Positions 43,020 to 53,429 of a DNA stretch of 64,000 nucleotides are shown here, one piece after another. The stretch lies in assembly GCA_964619725.1 (NCBI GenBank), contig CAZUFC010000024.1:14350-78349 (forward strand), read 5' to 3'. The notes under the pieces were generated by a model that was given only the letters and a program-made list of their open reading frames with translations, had not been told where the DNA came from and did not search any database. The position numbers and the translations under genes were made by a program. This DNA comes from an uncultured bacterium. GTDB lineage: Bacteria; CSSED10-310; CAZUFC01. Positions within the stretch are counted from its first letter, which is position 1. Every line of letters begins with the position of its first letter.

Positions 43020-44249
43020 TCATTTCATATTTTGAGCGACTGTTTTATAGAAATCGAGCACATGCGGCGGGCAACCCGGGATAAAAATGGGTTTCAACCG
43101 ACAATTTTGACTGGAAAAGACCAGGTCTGCAGCGCAGTTTCCGAGCAGGTATAAATTTTCGCCTTTCCAGGCGCTGAGTGTTTTGATGTTGGGCATTATT
43201 TTACCGAGGAAAACGGAGCATTCCGGCATTTTTTGAATCATGTTTTCGAATTGAAGTTTATCGACGGAATGCCGGAGAGCGGAAAGGCATCCGGAGCACG
43301 CTCCACCTTCGACGACATGGAGGTTGGGAAAAAGGCCGGCGCTGCCCAGCACAGGCCTTTCAAAAGGTCTTTGCACGATGTCTTCCGGATCGACGCCGCA
43401 CAAATTTTCTTTTTCCAGTTTTATGGAGCCCAGATTCATCTGCGCTGCGATTCTCAGGTGATCTACTTCAACAGGTCGAATGCTCATAAGATGAGCGGCC
43501 CAGGCATCGAGCGCCAGGGCTGACGTGCCGCACAACAGGATGTTGGAATCCCGAACGGTATTACCGAAGAACGGGGCCTGTCCTTCCATGGCCCATATTC
43601 CGTCAATAATCGTAAAGTCGGGTTTAACCGCGCAAAAAACATCGACGATTTTCTGATGTATGTCCGATCTATGAAAGATTCTTCTCTGAGGGTCCAGCAG
43701 TATGCCTTGAAGGTTTTTCAATCCCAGGGATACGAGCGTATGCATGTGAGTTTTCATTTTCGGCAGATTGACGAACAGGTCGTTTTCGAGGACGGATTCA
43801 GCGGCATAAACGCGTTTCATTAAAATTCCGTCCGGATTCTCGATCCTTACGACTTTTTCTTCGTCAAAAAAGGAAAGCCGCACATTCGTTTTTTTCAGTT
43901 CATCCAGAAGCATTCCTTCTTTAAAGGCTCGTTCAGCCGGAAAACCGTAACCCGGATTCTCGCCTACGGTGATCGTTGATGCTCCTAAATCTCTGAAGAC
44001 CCTTATCGCGGCTGTGACCACACGGGGATCGGTCGACGCCGCAGGCTGCTTCGGCAGGTCCGGCCTCACCAGATTCGGCTTAATCAGTATTGAACTGTTT
44101 CTGAAAAAACCGCGGGAGACGTCCAGGCCGGATATCCCTTCTTCAAGCATTTCCTGAATTATGGAAACGCTTTTCTCGGAATAATCGAAAGGCTTTTCCG
44201 GAATGTTCGACCTGTGTAATAGCGATACAGTCTTTTTCTGTTCAACCAT
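43020..44249 (-). CDS. DUF362 Fe-S protein
   Basis: LIKPN, TDP, NLPKMKTH, LGLKNL.G, IIDGI.AMEG; C-terminal ACSGC, GNC and PGCPP. Confidence 0.88.
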   Translation of the reverse strand: MVEQKKTVSLLHRSNIPEKPFDYSEKSVSIIQEMLEEGISGLDVSRGFFRNSSILIKPNLVRPDLPKQPAASTDPRVVTAAIRVFRDLGASTITVGENPGYGFPAERAFKEGMLLDELKKTNVRLSFFDEEKVVRIENPDGILMKRVYAAESVLENDLFVNLPKMKTHMHTLVSLGLKNLQGILLDPQRRIFHRSDIHQKIVDVFCAVKPDFTIIDGIWAMEGQAPFFGNTVRDSNILLCGTSALALDAWAAHLMSIRPVEVDHLRIAAQMNLGSIKLEKENLCGVDPEDIVQRPFERPVLGSAGLFPNLHVVEGGACSGCLSALRHSVDKLQFENMIQKMPECSVFLGKIMPNIKTLSAWKGENLYLLGNCAADLVFSSQNCRLKPIFIPGCPPHVLDFYKTVAQNMK

Positions 44250-45774
44250 TACCGTTCCTTTTTTGACTCATTTTCGCTAATTTTTTCAACGATACTTTTC
44301 CCGATGCAGTCCTGGGGAAATCCTCAACATAAGTGAAATACTTGGGAATTTTGTAACGGGCGATGTTTTTCTGAAGATAACGGATCATTTCAATCTCTTC
44401 AGGAGGACGCGCCCCTTCCTTGCATATTAAATAAGCATGGTAAACTTCACCGCGCAATTCGTCTTCCGCCGGCGCCACCACAGCGTCCCGGACTGCAGGA
44501 TGAGATATTATCGCGCATTCCACTTCGCGAGGATAGACTTTAAGTCCTCCGATTTTAATCAGTGCATCTTTTCGACCCATGAAATAATGCCATCCCTGGG
44601 CATCTTTTTGAAAGAGGTCGCGGGTGGAATACCATCCGTCTTCCAGGAAAGGAAGGAATCTGTCTGCCGATTCGCTGTAATACTCCGTTACGGCAGGTCC
44701 CTTTATCTGGAGCTCCCCTGTTTCTCCTTCAGGAACCTCTTTCCGATCGTCATCCACTATTCTTACGTCGTAATGCGGACAGGGTTTGCCGACGGAATCC
44801 AGGGGAAAGACGCCCGACAGAGGGGTCGCCAGGGCGATTCCTGTGGTTTCCGTACTTCCCCAAACCGGATGTATGGAGAGCCCGAAAACATCGCGAAACA
44901 ACCGGTTCAATTCCGGAGGAGTGGCCATACCTCCCGATTCCGCCAGCCGCAGAGTATTGGAGGACAAACCTTTCCTGCCGGCATAATCGGCCAACAGGCG
45001 GTAAAGAGCCGCTACGCCCATGATACAGGTTATTTTTTCTTTCAAGATAATTTCCATCAGTTGCCGGGGATTGGCCGTCTCGGTTAATACCGTCGTTCCG
45101 CCGGTAACCAGAGACCTCATGAAAAGTTCATGAGGATGCGAAAAAACGGCAAATAACGGCAGATGAATGTCTTCTTCAGTCAGATCGAACGCCTTAATTG
45201 AGGCTTCAGTATTCCACCAGAGCTGCTTGTGGTTGCATATGGCCGCCTTCGGTTCTCCGGTCGATCCCGACGTAAAGTTGTAATAGATTAGTTCATCTTC
45301 ATGCAACGATACAGGCGGCGGCGTATCGGGATATTGCTCGATGGCGCGCTCCCAAGCTTTTTTATCCGCAGATTTATCCGAATCGACGTTTATAATCACT
45401 GCCGACGCTGATGCGGGAAATCCTGATTCGATCAGCTCCTTCAATTCCCTGAGCCGCTCGTCAAGCAATACGGCCCTCGGCGGAAAAAGGTTCAGGAATT
45501 TCTTTTGATCCTCCAACGGCAGGCGGTAATTGACCGGCAAAGCGACCGCCCCGATCGCAGCCGCGCTGAGCATCCCGATGATGACCTCCGGAGTTTTCCT
45601 CACGGCCATATGAATCAGATCGCCCTTTTCCGCTCCATGGTCCTTGAGAAACCAGGCGAGCCGGTTAACCGTCTGAGCCAGTTCCTCATAAGTGATACGA
45701 CGCTCCTCGCAGACGACTGCCGTGACGTCCGGTCTGTTCTTCCTCTGTTTTTCGACGATGTCCCTTAATATCAT
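44242..45774 (-). CDS. AMP-dependent acyl-CoA synthetase/ligase
   Basis: FTSGSTGEPK, WGSTETTG, GELQIKGP, GRKD.LIK.GG.KVYP.EVE, PRTASGK. Confidence 0.93.
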   Translation of the reverse strand: MILRDIVEKQRKNRPDVTAVVCEERRITYEELAQTVNRLAWFLKDHGAEKGDLIHMAVRKTPEVIIGMLSAAAIGAVALPVNYRLPLEDQKKFLNLFPPRAVLLDERLRELKELIESGFPASASAVIINVDSDKSADKKAWERAIEQYPDTPPPVSLHEDELIYYNFTSGSTGEPKAAICNHKQLWWNTEASIKAFDLTEEDIHLPLFAVFSHPHELFMRSLVTGGTTVLTETANPRQLMEIILKEKITCIMGVAALYRLLADYAGRKGLSSNTLRLAESGGMATPPELNRLFRDVFGLSIHPVWGSTETTGIALATPLSGVFPLDSVGKPCPHYDVRIVDDDRKEVPEGETGELQIKGPAVTEYYSESADRFLPFLEDGWYSTRDLFQKDAQGWHYFMGRKDALIKIGGLKVYPREVECAIISHPAVRDAVVAPAEDELRGEVYHAYLICKEGARPPEEIEMIRYLQKNIARYKIPKYFTYVEDFPRTASGKVSLKKLAKMSQKRNGNG

Positions 45775-46904
45775 CTCGTTAACCCGCGTTTCTCCAATTC
45801 CTCTTTAGCTTTTTCAAATCCGTCCTCGGCGCTTTGCTGCGCCACCCAACCCGTTAATTCTTCCAGACCGTCTTCAAACCTGGTTCCGGGTTCATATCCC
45901 AGCTTCTCCTTTATCTTGGATATGTCGGCATAACAATGCCTGATGTCGCCTTCTCTGTATTTTTGAGCGATGACGGGTTCCAGTTTTCCCGGTTTCAGTT
46001 TTTTAATCAACAAACGGCCGACTTCTTCAATCGTTAAATTACGGCCGGTTCCCACATTGAAAACTTCATAATCAGCCGTCGGTTTTTCCATTGCCAGTAT
46101 ATTGGCCTGCGCGATATCTCCGACATGCACAAAATCACGGCTTTGCCGTCCGTCTTCATAGATCACTGGAGGATTGTCGTTGAGAATCCTGGATGAAAAT
46201 ATGGCGGCCACTCCCGTGTAAGGATTGGACAGGGCCTGCCTGGGTCCGTATACATTGAAATACCTCAGCGCTACGGTTGGAATTTTATAGCTCCTGCCCA
46301 CACTCAAAAACATCTCTTCATGATCCCTTTTGGTTACAGCATAAATCGAAGTCGGGAACAGCGGCTTGTCTTCATCAGTGGCCAGCGCTTCCGCTGTCTT
46401 TGAACAATGAGGACAGTGGACTTCCCAGTCTTTCCGCTTCATTTGTTCGTCCGGCCTCAATTTTGGCGCGATAAGACCGCATTGGGCGCATTTGTATCTT
46501 CCCTCTCCGTAAATGGACATGGAAGAAGCCACGATCAATTTCTCGATTTTGTCGCGAAGCGCCGGAGTGTTTATCACCAAATCCAATAAGACGGCGCCGC
46601 CCAGCGAATTATATTCCGTATACCGGCTGATCTCATACATGGACTGACCCACGCCGACAGCCGCAGCCTCATGGAAAACTATTTCCTTGCCGAGCATGGC
46701 TTTCTTTAACTCTTCCGCGTTTCTTACGTCTCCCTGGATGAATTCCGCATCTTTGTTCAGATATTCCGGAATTTTCTGCTCCGGTCCGTGCACCTGAGGA
46801 TCGAGATTATCGAAAATAGTTACATCATGACCTTCGGCAACTAACTGATCAACTATATGCGATCCAATGAAGCCTGCGCCCCCGGTTACCAGAATCTTCT
46901 TCAT
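45771..46904 (-). CDS. NAD-dependent sugar-nucleotide epimerase/dehydratase with CxxC insertion
   Basis: LVTGGAGFIGSH, ASSMSIYGEG, YAVTK, LRYFNVYGP, RDFVHV. Confidence 0.93.
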   Translation of the reverse strand: MKKILVTGGAGFIGSHIVDQLVAEGHDVTIFDNLDPQVHGPEQKIPEYLNKDAEFIQGDVRNAEELKKAMLGKEIVFHEAAAVGVGQSMYEISRYTEYNSLGGAVLLDLVINTPALRDKIEKLIVASSMSIYGEGRYKCAQCGLIAPKLRPDEQMKRKDWEVHCPHCSKTAEALATDEDKPLFPTSIYAVTKRDHEEMFLSVGRSYKIPTVALRYFNVYGPRQALSNPYTGVAAIFSSRILNDNPPVIYEDGRQSRDFVHVGDIAQANILAMEKPTADYEVFNVGTGRNLTIEEVGRLLIKKLKPGKLEPVIAQKYREGDIRHCYADISKIKEKLGYEPGTRFEDGLEELTGWVAQQSAEDGFEKAKEELEKRGLTR

Positions 46905-46961
46905 TATCTCAAAGCTCCTTTCCTGAAGAACGTCATATTAACTCAGCCCTTTGAACCGGTA

Positions 46962-47681
46962 TTATTCAACCTTCGACAATACCGGATTCGCATGTTCATC
47001 GTCTTTGAATCGTAATTTAAACAGAAAAATGAGATTCTTGACCCCGTCATCCCATAAATTCAATTTGCTGGGTCCGATTCTTTCCACATATTTGAATTGA
47101 ATAGGAACTTCACGGCTCGAAATGTCGGCGTGACGGAAAACTTTGATTTTGAATTCTTCGGAAAACGGCATTCCGTCGCTGTTGACGCTTACTTTGTCCA
47201 GCACAGGCTTTCTGAATACCCACATGCCCGACTGACTGTCCCGCAACCGGATCAGAAACAACAGAAATACCGTGAACGTCAGAACGATGTTGCCGAACCA
47301 TCTCTGGATCATATTAAAATCATGGAAGAATTGTATGGGTATTCTTGCCGCAGAAATGAAATCCAGATCGTCGATAAGCAGAATCTCGATTAAATAGGAA
47401 ATAGCGTACGTCGGATAGGTCCCGTCGCCGTCCATTGTGACGATGATGTCGCCCGTCGCTGCCTTCAGCCCCGTCTTGTAAGCGCGCCCGTATCCCTGAC
47501 GCTTTTCGAATATCACGCGCGCTCCCTTCGATTTCGCTATTTCAGAAGTCCTGTCAGTCGAATTGTTGTCGACGACCAGCTTTTCATCGACGAATTCCGG
47601 CATGCGATCCAAAACTTTGGCGATACCGTCCTCCTCATTATAACAAGGAATAACTACCGATACGGTTTTACCTCGATACAT
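46962..47681 (-). CDS. GT2 polyprenol-phosphate glycosyltransferase (DPM1/Ppm1-like)
   Basis: VVIPCYNEE, VVDNNSTD.T, GYG.A...G, MDGDGTYP, DSQSG, ER.G.SKL. Confidence 0.88.
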   Translation of the reverse strand: MYRGKTVSVVIPCYNEEDGIAKVLDRMPEFVDEKLVVDNNSTDRTSEIAKSKGARVIFEKRQGYGRAYKTGLKAATGDIIVTMDGDGTYPTYAISYLIEILLIDDLDFISAARIPIQFFHDFNMIQRWFGNIVLTFTVFLLFLIRLRDSQSGMWVFRKPVLDKVSVNSDGMPFSEEFKIKVFRHADISSREVPIQFKYVERIGPSKLNLWDDGVKNLIFLFKLRFKDDEHANPVLSKVE

Positions 47682-48813
47682 CTCTCTTGTCCCTTTCTCC
47701 ATTCCTTCGTCTGGCGAGGTTTCGTTTCCATTTCAACCGGAAAAATTCCGAAAAAACCCTGGGCAGCATGCGAGGCGTAAAAAGTATGCTGTTAGTCAAA
47801 AAACATTCATAAGTGCACCAGCATTTCGAATTTTTTATTTTTTTTCGGATACTTTCCGCTTTGTCCGAAAACCATATTTTTCTCAGATCATAATCCTGCT
47901 CTCTTAAAGAGCCCATTTTATCGTTTAAAAGTTCACACGGATAAACTTCGCCCGTGGGATATATCACTCCGCTCAAATTTCCGGCATAACAGGGAACCTG
48001 CTGTGCCTGACGGTTCAAAGTATCCGCAATGATCTCCTGACGAATGTTCTTCATCGCATTGATCATGTCGCTGAATGGAAAATCATGATAACCGCTGATG
48101 CTCTTCTCAAACGTATCACGCGTAATCATGCGGCTGAACTCCAGATATTTATCCAGATGAACCAACCCGGCTTCCTCTTCTCGCGGCTCTCCTCTCACTA
48201 AAAGCTGATTTATGGTTTTCACTCCCAAGTCATCCCGCAAAAATTCATAAAGCGGCTCAAGTTTGTCCTCATTATAGGAAGAAACCGTTACAGCAACGTT
48301 AAGATTAAAATTGGGATGATGTTTTTGAAGTTTTTCCAATTCTCTATACGTCTGAATCGCTTTATCGAACAAACCCGGCAGACGGCGGATATCGTCATGA
48401 TCCTTGCCTATTCCGTCAATGGAAATGTCTACGGCAAAGTCCAGGTCAGGGCAATCCATCAATATTTTTTCAGAGCTTCTAACCACATTATCGATCAATG
48501 ATCCGTTTGTGGGCATTCCCAGGTTCCTGACGCGGTTGTTTTTATAAAATATTTTGGCTATTTCCGGGACGTCCTTGCGAATAAAAGGATCTCCCCCCGT
48601 CAGCAGCAGAAACAGCAGATCATCCATACTGCCTGATATTTTTTCGATTTCTTCCAGCGATAATTCATCCCTGGGCGGTATCCTGTTCCCCAGAAGACAA
48701 TGACGGCAGCGCGCCAGGCAGCGTTCCGTGATGAAAAAGACCAGGTACAGGGGCAGAGCGTTTTTTTTCCTGAATATTCTCCCGGCAAACTTCAAATATT
48801 CACGACGCTTCAT
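47668..48813 (-). CDS. Radical SAM protein with SPASM/twitch domain
   Basis: CLARCRHC, TGGDP, ISIDG, C-terminal CYAG...GEVYPCE...CWCTYEC. Confidence 0.9.
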   Translation of the reverse strand: MKRREYLKFAGRIFRKKNALPLYLVFFITERCLARCRHCLLGNRIPPRDELSLEEIEKISGSMDDLLFLLLTGGDPFIRKDVPEIAKIFYKNNRVRNLGMPTNGSLIDNVVRSSEKILMDCPDLDFAVDISIDGIGKDHDDIRRLPGLFDKAIQTYRELEKLQKHHPNFNLNVAVTVSSYNEDKLEPLYEFLRDDLGVKTINQLLVRGEPREEEAGLVHLDKYLEFSRMITRDTFEKSISGYHDFPFSDMINAMKNIRQEIIADTLNRQAQQVPCYAGNLSGVIYPTGEVYPCELLNDKMGSLREQDYDLRKIWFSDKAESIRKKIKNSKCWCTYECFLTNSILFTPRMLPRVFSEFFRLKWKRNLARRRNGERDKRDVSR

Positions 48814-48817
48814 TTCA

Positions 48818-50581
48818 TCAATCCCCCGGCTCCTCATGAGTTTCTTCTGAGGAAGCATCATCTTCAATATAGCCCAGGGCTTTCATCATATCTCTCGTTT
48901 CATCATCCAGGATAATTTTCGTTCCCACAGAAGCGTTTTCGGCATTTTTGAAGCCGTTAACGGTTGCGGATTTCATCGATTCGACGCGATCAGGGTGCTC
49001 TCCGGCGATATTATCCAACTCAAAGGGGTCCCGCGTCAAATCATATAATTCCGTAATTTCGGATTGTTCGGGCGAATAGATGAATTTCCAGTCTTCATAA
49101 CGCAGGCCATGGAGTTTAACAGCCAGGGGGTCCAGGACGATGCCCTTGTTCTCTATAAGCGCCGGCAACAACTCTTCGGCGGGTTCTGGGCTCTGTTCCT
49201 GCAACACGTTATGCCCTTCGAAGGATTCAAAGTCATTATATCCCAATTCATTTAGTATAATCGACGGAATGTCTATCAGGCGCGTCTGCGCATTCCATAC
49301 GATGTTTTTTCTGTCCGGTACCGTACTGATGTATATAAAAGGAGTTTTGACGGAGACCTCGTATAAATAACGGCCGTGAGAGTAGTAATAGTCATGTTCG
49401 CCCAGGCTTTCGCCGTGATCGGCGCAGAAGGCCATAATAGTATTGTCCCGTATCTGAAGCCTTTCCAGTTCATTGACGATTTTGCCCAGCATCGCGTCCA
49501 TGAAGGACATTTCACCCGCGTATCTTTCCAAAGGCAGCGCCTTATACGCCCTATCCTGCGGTTTTAAACGGCATACTTCACGGATTTTCCTCTCCAGGTT
49601 TTCATCCATCATATCATCCGAGTCGGGCAACCTTATTTCATCCTTATACATTTTATCATAAGGCGAAGGCGGTACGTAAGGCGTGTGAGGATCGAAGAAA
49701 TGCACCCACAGAAAAAAGGGCCTGTCATGGTACCTTTTCAACCAGCGAATGACTGCCGGCGTCAGCATATCCGCCTTGCGCTCCAGCCGGTTGCTGCCGA
49801 ACAGTCGTTTAAGACGGCGAAACCAGATCAGGTCGTAGATGCCTCCATGCGGCATGAATTCATCGTCATACGTTATGAATCCCTGATCGAGATGAAACTT
49901 CTCATCCAGCGGAAAACAACTGACGAAAGCCGCTGTCTGGTAATTGAGTCTAACCAGGACTTCAGCCAGGGTGATGTTTTCGTCGCTCAGGCGATAGGCG
50001 TTTTCTTTGGCGCCGTGACGGGCGGGGATCGTCCCTGTCAGCATCGATGCATGTGAGGGCGTGGTCATGGGAACCGGACAGACCGCATCCGAAAAGAGAA
50101 TGCCTTCCCTGGAAAGCCCGTCCAAAACAGGCGTTTTCATTCCGGGATGCCCGTAGCAGCTTAAATAATCATGCCGGGCCGTATCCAACGTTACCAGTAG
50201 AACATTCCGCCAGGTCGAAATCTCCGGATCGGGTACCGGTATTTCCATTTTTGCCGCATAACGATTCGTGATGCTTATGCTTAAAATTACCACCGGCAGA
50301 AATACGAAACCTTTATAATAAATGCGCCGGCTTCTCCAGAACGGCAGATGCATAACCAGCGTCACGACCGATAAAATAACGAAATATATAATGAACGCTG
50401 TCAGCACTGTAAATAAGGCGCTCGTCACGGTTTCAGGAGCCCACGGCGTTTTCTGATAAAGCATGATGAGTTCCCATAAACTGAGAATAAAACCTAAAAT
50501 TAACGCTGCCGTAAATATTTTTCTGAAAGGTTCAGGATCGCCGGCCCCGAATGATCCGATATTTTTATACGAGCGTTGCAT
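48818..50581 (-). CDS. Membrane-anchored sulfatase-fold (alkaline phosphatase superfamily) enzyme
   Basis: Three N-terminal TMs; NVLLVTLDT.R.D, T.PSHASMLTG, H.FDPH.PY, ADHGESLGEH, ELYDL..DP.E. Confidence 0.88.
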   Translation of the reverse strand: MQRSYKNIGSFGAGDPEPFRKIFTAALILGFILSLWELIMLYQKTPWAPETVTSALFTVLTAFIIYFVILSVVTLVMHLPFWRSRRIYYKGFVFLPVVILSISITNRYAAKMEIPVPDPEISTWRNVLLVTLDTARHDYLSCYGHPGMKTPVLDGLSREGILFSDAVCPVPMTTPSHASMLTGTIPARHGAKENAYRLSDENITLAEVLVRLNYQTAAFVSCFPLDEKFHLDQGFITYDDEFMPHGGIYDLIWFRRLKRLFGSNRLERKADMLTPAVIRWLKRYHDRPFFLWVHFFDPHTPYVPPSPYDKMYKDEIRLPDSDDMMDENLERKIREVCRLKPQDRAYKALPLERYAGEMSFMDAMLGKIVNELERLQIRDNTIMAFCADHGESLGEHDYYYSHGRYLYEVSVKTPFIYISTVPDRKNIVWNAQTRLIDIPSIILNELGYNDFESFEGHNVLQEQSPEPAEELLPALIENKGIVLDPLAVKLHGLRYEDWKFIYSPEQSEITELYDLTRDPFELDNIAGEHPDRVESMKSATVNGFKNAENASVGTKIILDDETRDMMKALGYIEDDASSEETHEEPGD

Positions 50582-52011
50582 TAATACCTGTCCTTGAGAA
50601 AGAAAGCGGCCTTTAAAAAATTCAGTAAAGGCACATGATAAGTTTTCATATATCGTATTCCGAAAGTCAAACTGAATACGAAATCATAAAGTTTATTCGG
50701 AGGCAGCCTGATCAGCAGTTTTATCAGGGGAAACATAAACGGGGCCTTGACCGCCAAATGAAAAAATTTGTGGAGATTTATCAGGCGCTCTCTGTCCCGG
50801 TTCTTGATGATGCTTCGATTAAAATATGAATAAGAAAAATCGCTCATCTCCGGCGTCTTTTCCAGATAACCTTTTTCTTTGACGTATTCCAGCAGTTGCG
50901 TCTTCGGATAAGGTTGAATGATCGAACACCAGGGAAAATCCGTTTTGATCCGCTGGTTGATTTTCACCGTCTCATAAGCTTCCTCAAGCGTTTCTCCCGG
51001 AATGCCCAGCATATTGAACGTGCCTATTTTAATGCCGTGTTTTTTCAACAGAGTCGCCGTAAAAAAGATGTCCCTTTCGGAAATCTTTTTTTCCAGCACC
51101 AGGTTCCTGAGGTATTCATTGCCTGATTCGATGCCGAAATAAGCCGTGTAACATCCGGCATTGCGAAGCGCCTTTACGATTTCCTCATTAACCAGGTCGG
51201 CCCGTATCAGACAGGAAAACTCCAGCCCCACCTTGTCCGCATACCGGGGAAGAAACTTCCTGAGCCAGGCCGATTTCAACAGGAAAACTTCATCGTCGAA
51301 CCGGATGAATTTAAGAGGATACCGGGATGCCGTTTCATTTATCTCTCTGATGACTCTTTCCGGCGAAAGACGGCGCACTACGGCTCCTGCTGTCCCGGAG
51401 ACGGCCCCGGACTTGTACAGTTCATTGTAAGCTTTGTTGCAGCAAAAAGAACAACTGTACGGACATCCCCGACCCGTAATGAAATGCTTGCTTGGGTTCT
51501 CCTTCAATAGAGAATAACGGGAATAATATATCTCTCTGTCAGGCAACGGCAGCTCATCAAGATTCTGTATCAGAGGACTCAGAGGATTCTTTTCAATCGC
51601 ACCGTTCTTTTTTATCCACAAATTAGGTATTTCTCGCGGTTCTTTTCCCTGGTCCAGCGCTTCCGACAAAGCGGTTAAGGCATATTCGCCCTCACCCCTG
51701 CAAACATAATCCGCCCATTCGCTTTCGATCATTTCCGGGAAAAAAGTGGGATGAGGACCTCCGAATATTGTCGGAACGTCCAGCGCCCGTTTGATTTTTT
51801 CGGCAGTCTCCAGCGCCCAGGTATGATCGCCTGTCGTGCAGTAAAACCCAACCAGGTCTGGTTTGAATTCAGCGGCTGAAGAAACCAGGTCCTTCTCTCC
51901 GCTGTCGATCAGCAGATGAGTTGCATGCCCGTGCTTTTTCAGCATGGAAGACAAATACATGGTACCGAGAAATTCAAACCAAAAGTTCTGTATGAATAAT
52001 ATCCGGGCCAT
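50581..52011 (-). CDS. B12-binding radical SAM protein
   Basis: GGPHPT, GEGE, RGCPYSCSFC, GIESG, GIPGET. Confidence 0.92.
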   Translation of the reverse strand: MARILFIQNFWFEFLGTMYLSSMLKKHGHATHLLIDSGEKDLVSSAAEFKPDLVGFYCTTGDHTWALETAEKIKRALDVPTIFGGPHPTFFPEMIESEWADYVCRGEGEYALTALSEALDQGKEPREIPNLWIKKNGAIEKNPLSPLIQNLDELPLPDREIYYSRYSLLKENPSKHFITGRGCPYSCSFCCNKAYNELYKSGAVSGTAGAVVRRLSPERVIREINETASRYPLKFIRFDDEVFLLKSAWLRKFLPRYADKVGLEFSCLIRADLVNEEIVKALRNAGCYTAYFGIESGNEYLRNLVLEKKISERDIFFTATLLKKHGIKIGTFNMLGIPGETLEEAYETVKINQRIKTDFPWCSIIQPYPKTQLLEYVKEKGYLEKTPEMSDFSYSYFNRSIIKNRDRERLINLHKFFHLAVKAPFMFPLIKLLIRLPPNKLYDFVFSLTFGIRYMKTYHVPLLNFLKAAFFLKDRY

Positions 52012-52015
52012 TATA

Positions 52016-53428
52016 TCAAATCTTGGATCGAATGAATGTTCTGAATCCTCCTATAAAAAGATTCCAAATTTTGGACGGCGGCAAATGCAGCAACGATTTC
52101 AAGCGACGCAGCAAATATCCCGGTCTCAGATAAAACCTTCGATACGCTGAAGCCAGCGTCCTTCTTATTTCCTCTTCGGTCCTCCCTTCCGGTATGTATA
52201 CGATCTCATTGAATACGTTGTAGGAAGCGTAATCGCTGTTTTTAATTTCGCCGGACTGCTTCGCTATTTCCGTCAGTTTTGTTCCGGGATAGGGAGTGAA
52301 CGTCAGCCAGTAAACGTAATCAGGATCGAGTTCCAGTCCGAATCGTATGCTTTCCTGCGTTTCTTCCACTGTTTCGGTCGGCAGCGTCAACATGAATGAA
52401 GCGACTGTTTCGATGCCGATCTTGCGGGTTAAATGGAAGGCATTCCGAGCCTGTTTCAAAGTGGTTTCTTTTCTGATCATCTTCAACAATCGGGGAACGC
52501 CCGTCTCTACTCCGAAGAAAATCTGATAGCAGCCCGCCTGCTTCATCAACCTCAACAATTCTTCATCCACGATGTCCACCCGGGTAAAACAGGTCCAGGG
52601 CATTTCGATTCCCTTTTCAATGATGGCCCTGCAAAGCTCCGTCACCCTCTTCCGGTTCACCGTGAACGTTTCATCGTAGAATTGAAGACTGTCTGCTCCG
52701 TATTCGTCTCTTAACCTTATCATATCCCGGACGATCCGTTCCGCGCTGTGATACCGGAAAGTGCTCCCGAAAATAAGGTCCCCGGAACAATAAGCGCAAT
52801 GATAGGGGCAACCTCTCGAAGTAAACATGTGTAAAGTGCGTTTGCCGCGTAATTGCGAAGACGAATGGTACTGCATCATCGGAAAAAGATGCAGAGCCGG
52901 AAACGGAAGCTGGTCCAGGTCCCGGATCAAAGGACGCAACTCGTTGTAAATATACTCTCCCTCTTTTTTCCAGACTATACCCTTAACTTTCTCCAGAGGT
53001 CGGCCCTTTTCCAGCGCATCAAGCAGATCAACGAATGTCGCTTCGCCTTCTCCCCTTACCACGATGTCCACTTCCGTCCGCTTCAGCGACTCTTCAGGAA
53101 AAATCGTCACCTGAACGCCGCCCAATACGATGACCGTATCCGGGTTCATCCTTTTCGCCAGCCGGGCCGTCCGAAAACACCTTTCCAGGTTCGCACAGAA
53201 TGTCTGCATGCCGATTACATCAGGCTGCTCATCACATATCCTCTGCTCCACTACATCAAATGACTCGCCCGTCGCTTCAGCATCTATGACGATAACCTCA
53301 TGCCCGGCATTTTCCGCACTCGCCGCCAGGTAAGCCGGCCCTATCGGAGGATACAGCGCTCCCGCTTCGTGAAAATCTCCATATCGCTCCTGCATACGGC
53401 TGGGAGGCGTTATAAGCATGACCTTCAT
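52016..53428 (-). CDS. B12-binding radical SAM protein
   Basis: PPIGPAYLAA, GEGE, TSRGCPYHCAYC, FGVETG, PYPGT; start at MKVMLITPP. Confidence 0.92.
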   Translation of the reverse strand: MKVMLITPPSRMQERYGDFHEAGALYPPIGPAYLAASAENAGHEVIVIDAEATGESFDVVEQRICDEQPDVIGMQTFCANLERCFRTARLAKRMNPDTVIVLGGVQVTIFPEESLKRTEVDIVVRGEGEATFVDLLDALEKGRPLEKVKGIVWKKEGEYIYNELRPLIRDLDQLPFPALHLFPMMQYHSSSQLRGKRTLHMFTSRGCPYHCAYCSGDLIFGSTFRYHSAERIVRDMIRLRDEYGADSLQFYDETFTVNRKRVTELCRAIIEKGIEMPWTCFTRVDIVDEELLRLMKQAGCYQIFFGVETGVPRLLKMIRKETTLKQARNAFHLTRKIGIETVASFMLTLPTETVEETQESIRFGLELDPDYVYWLTFTPYPGTKLTEIAKQSGEIKNSDYASYNVFNEIVYIPEGRTEEEIRRTLASAYRRFYLRPGYLLRRLKSLLHLPPSKIWNLFIGGFRTFIRSKI

Positions 53429-53429
53429 G

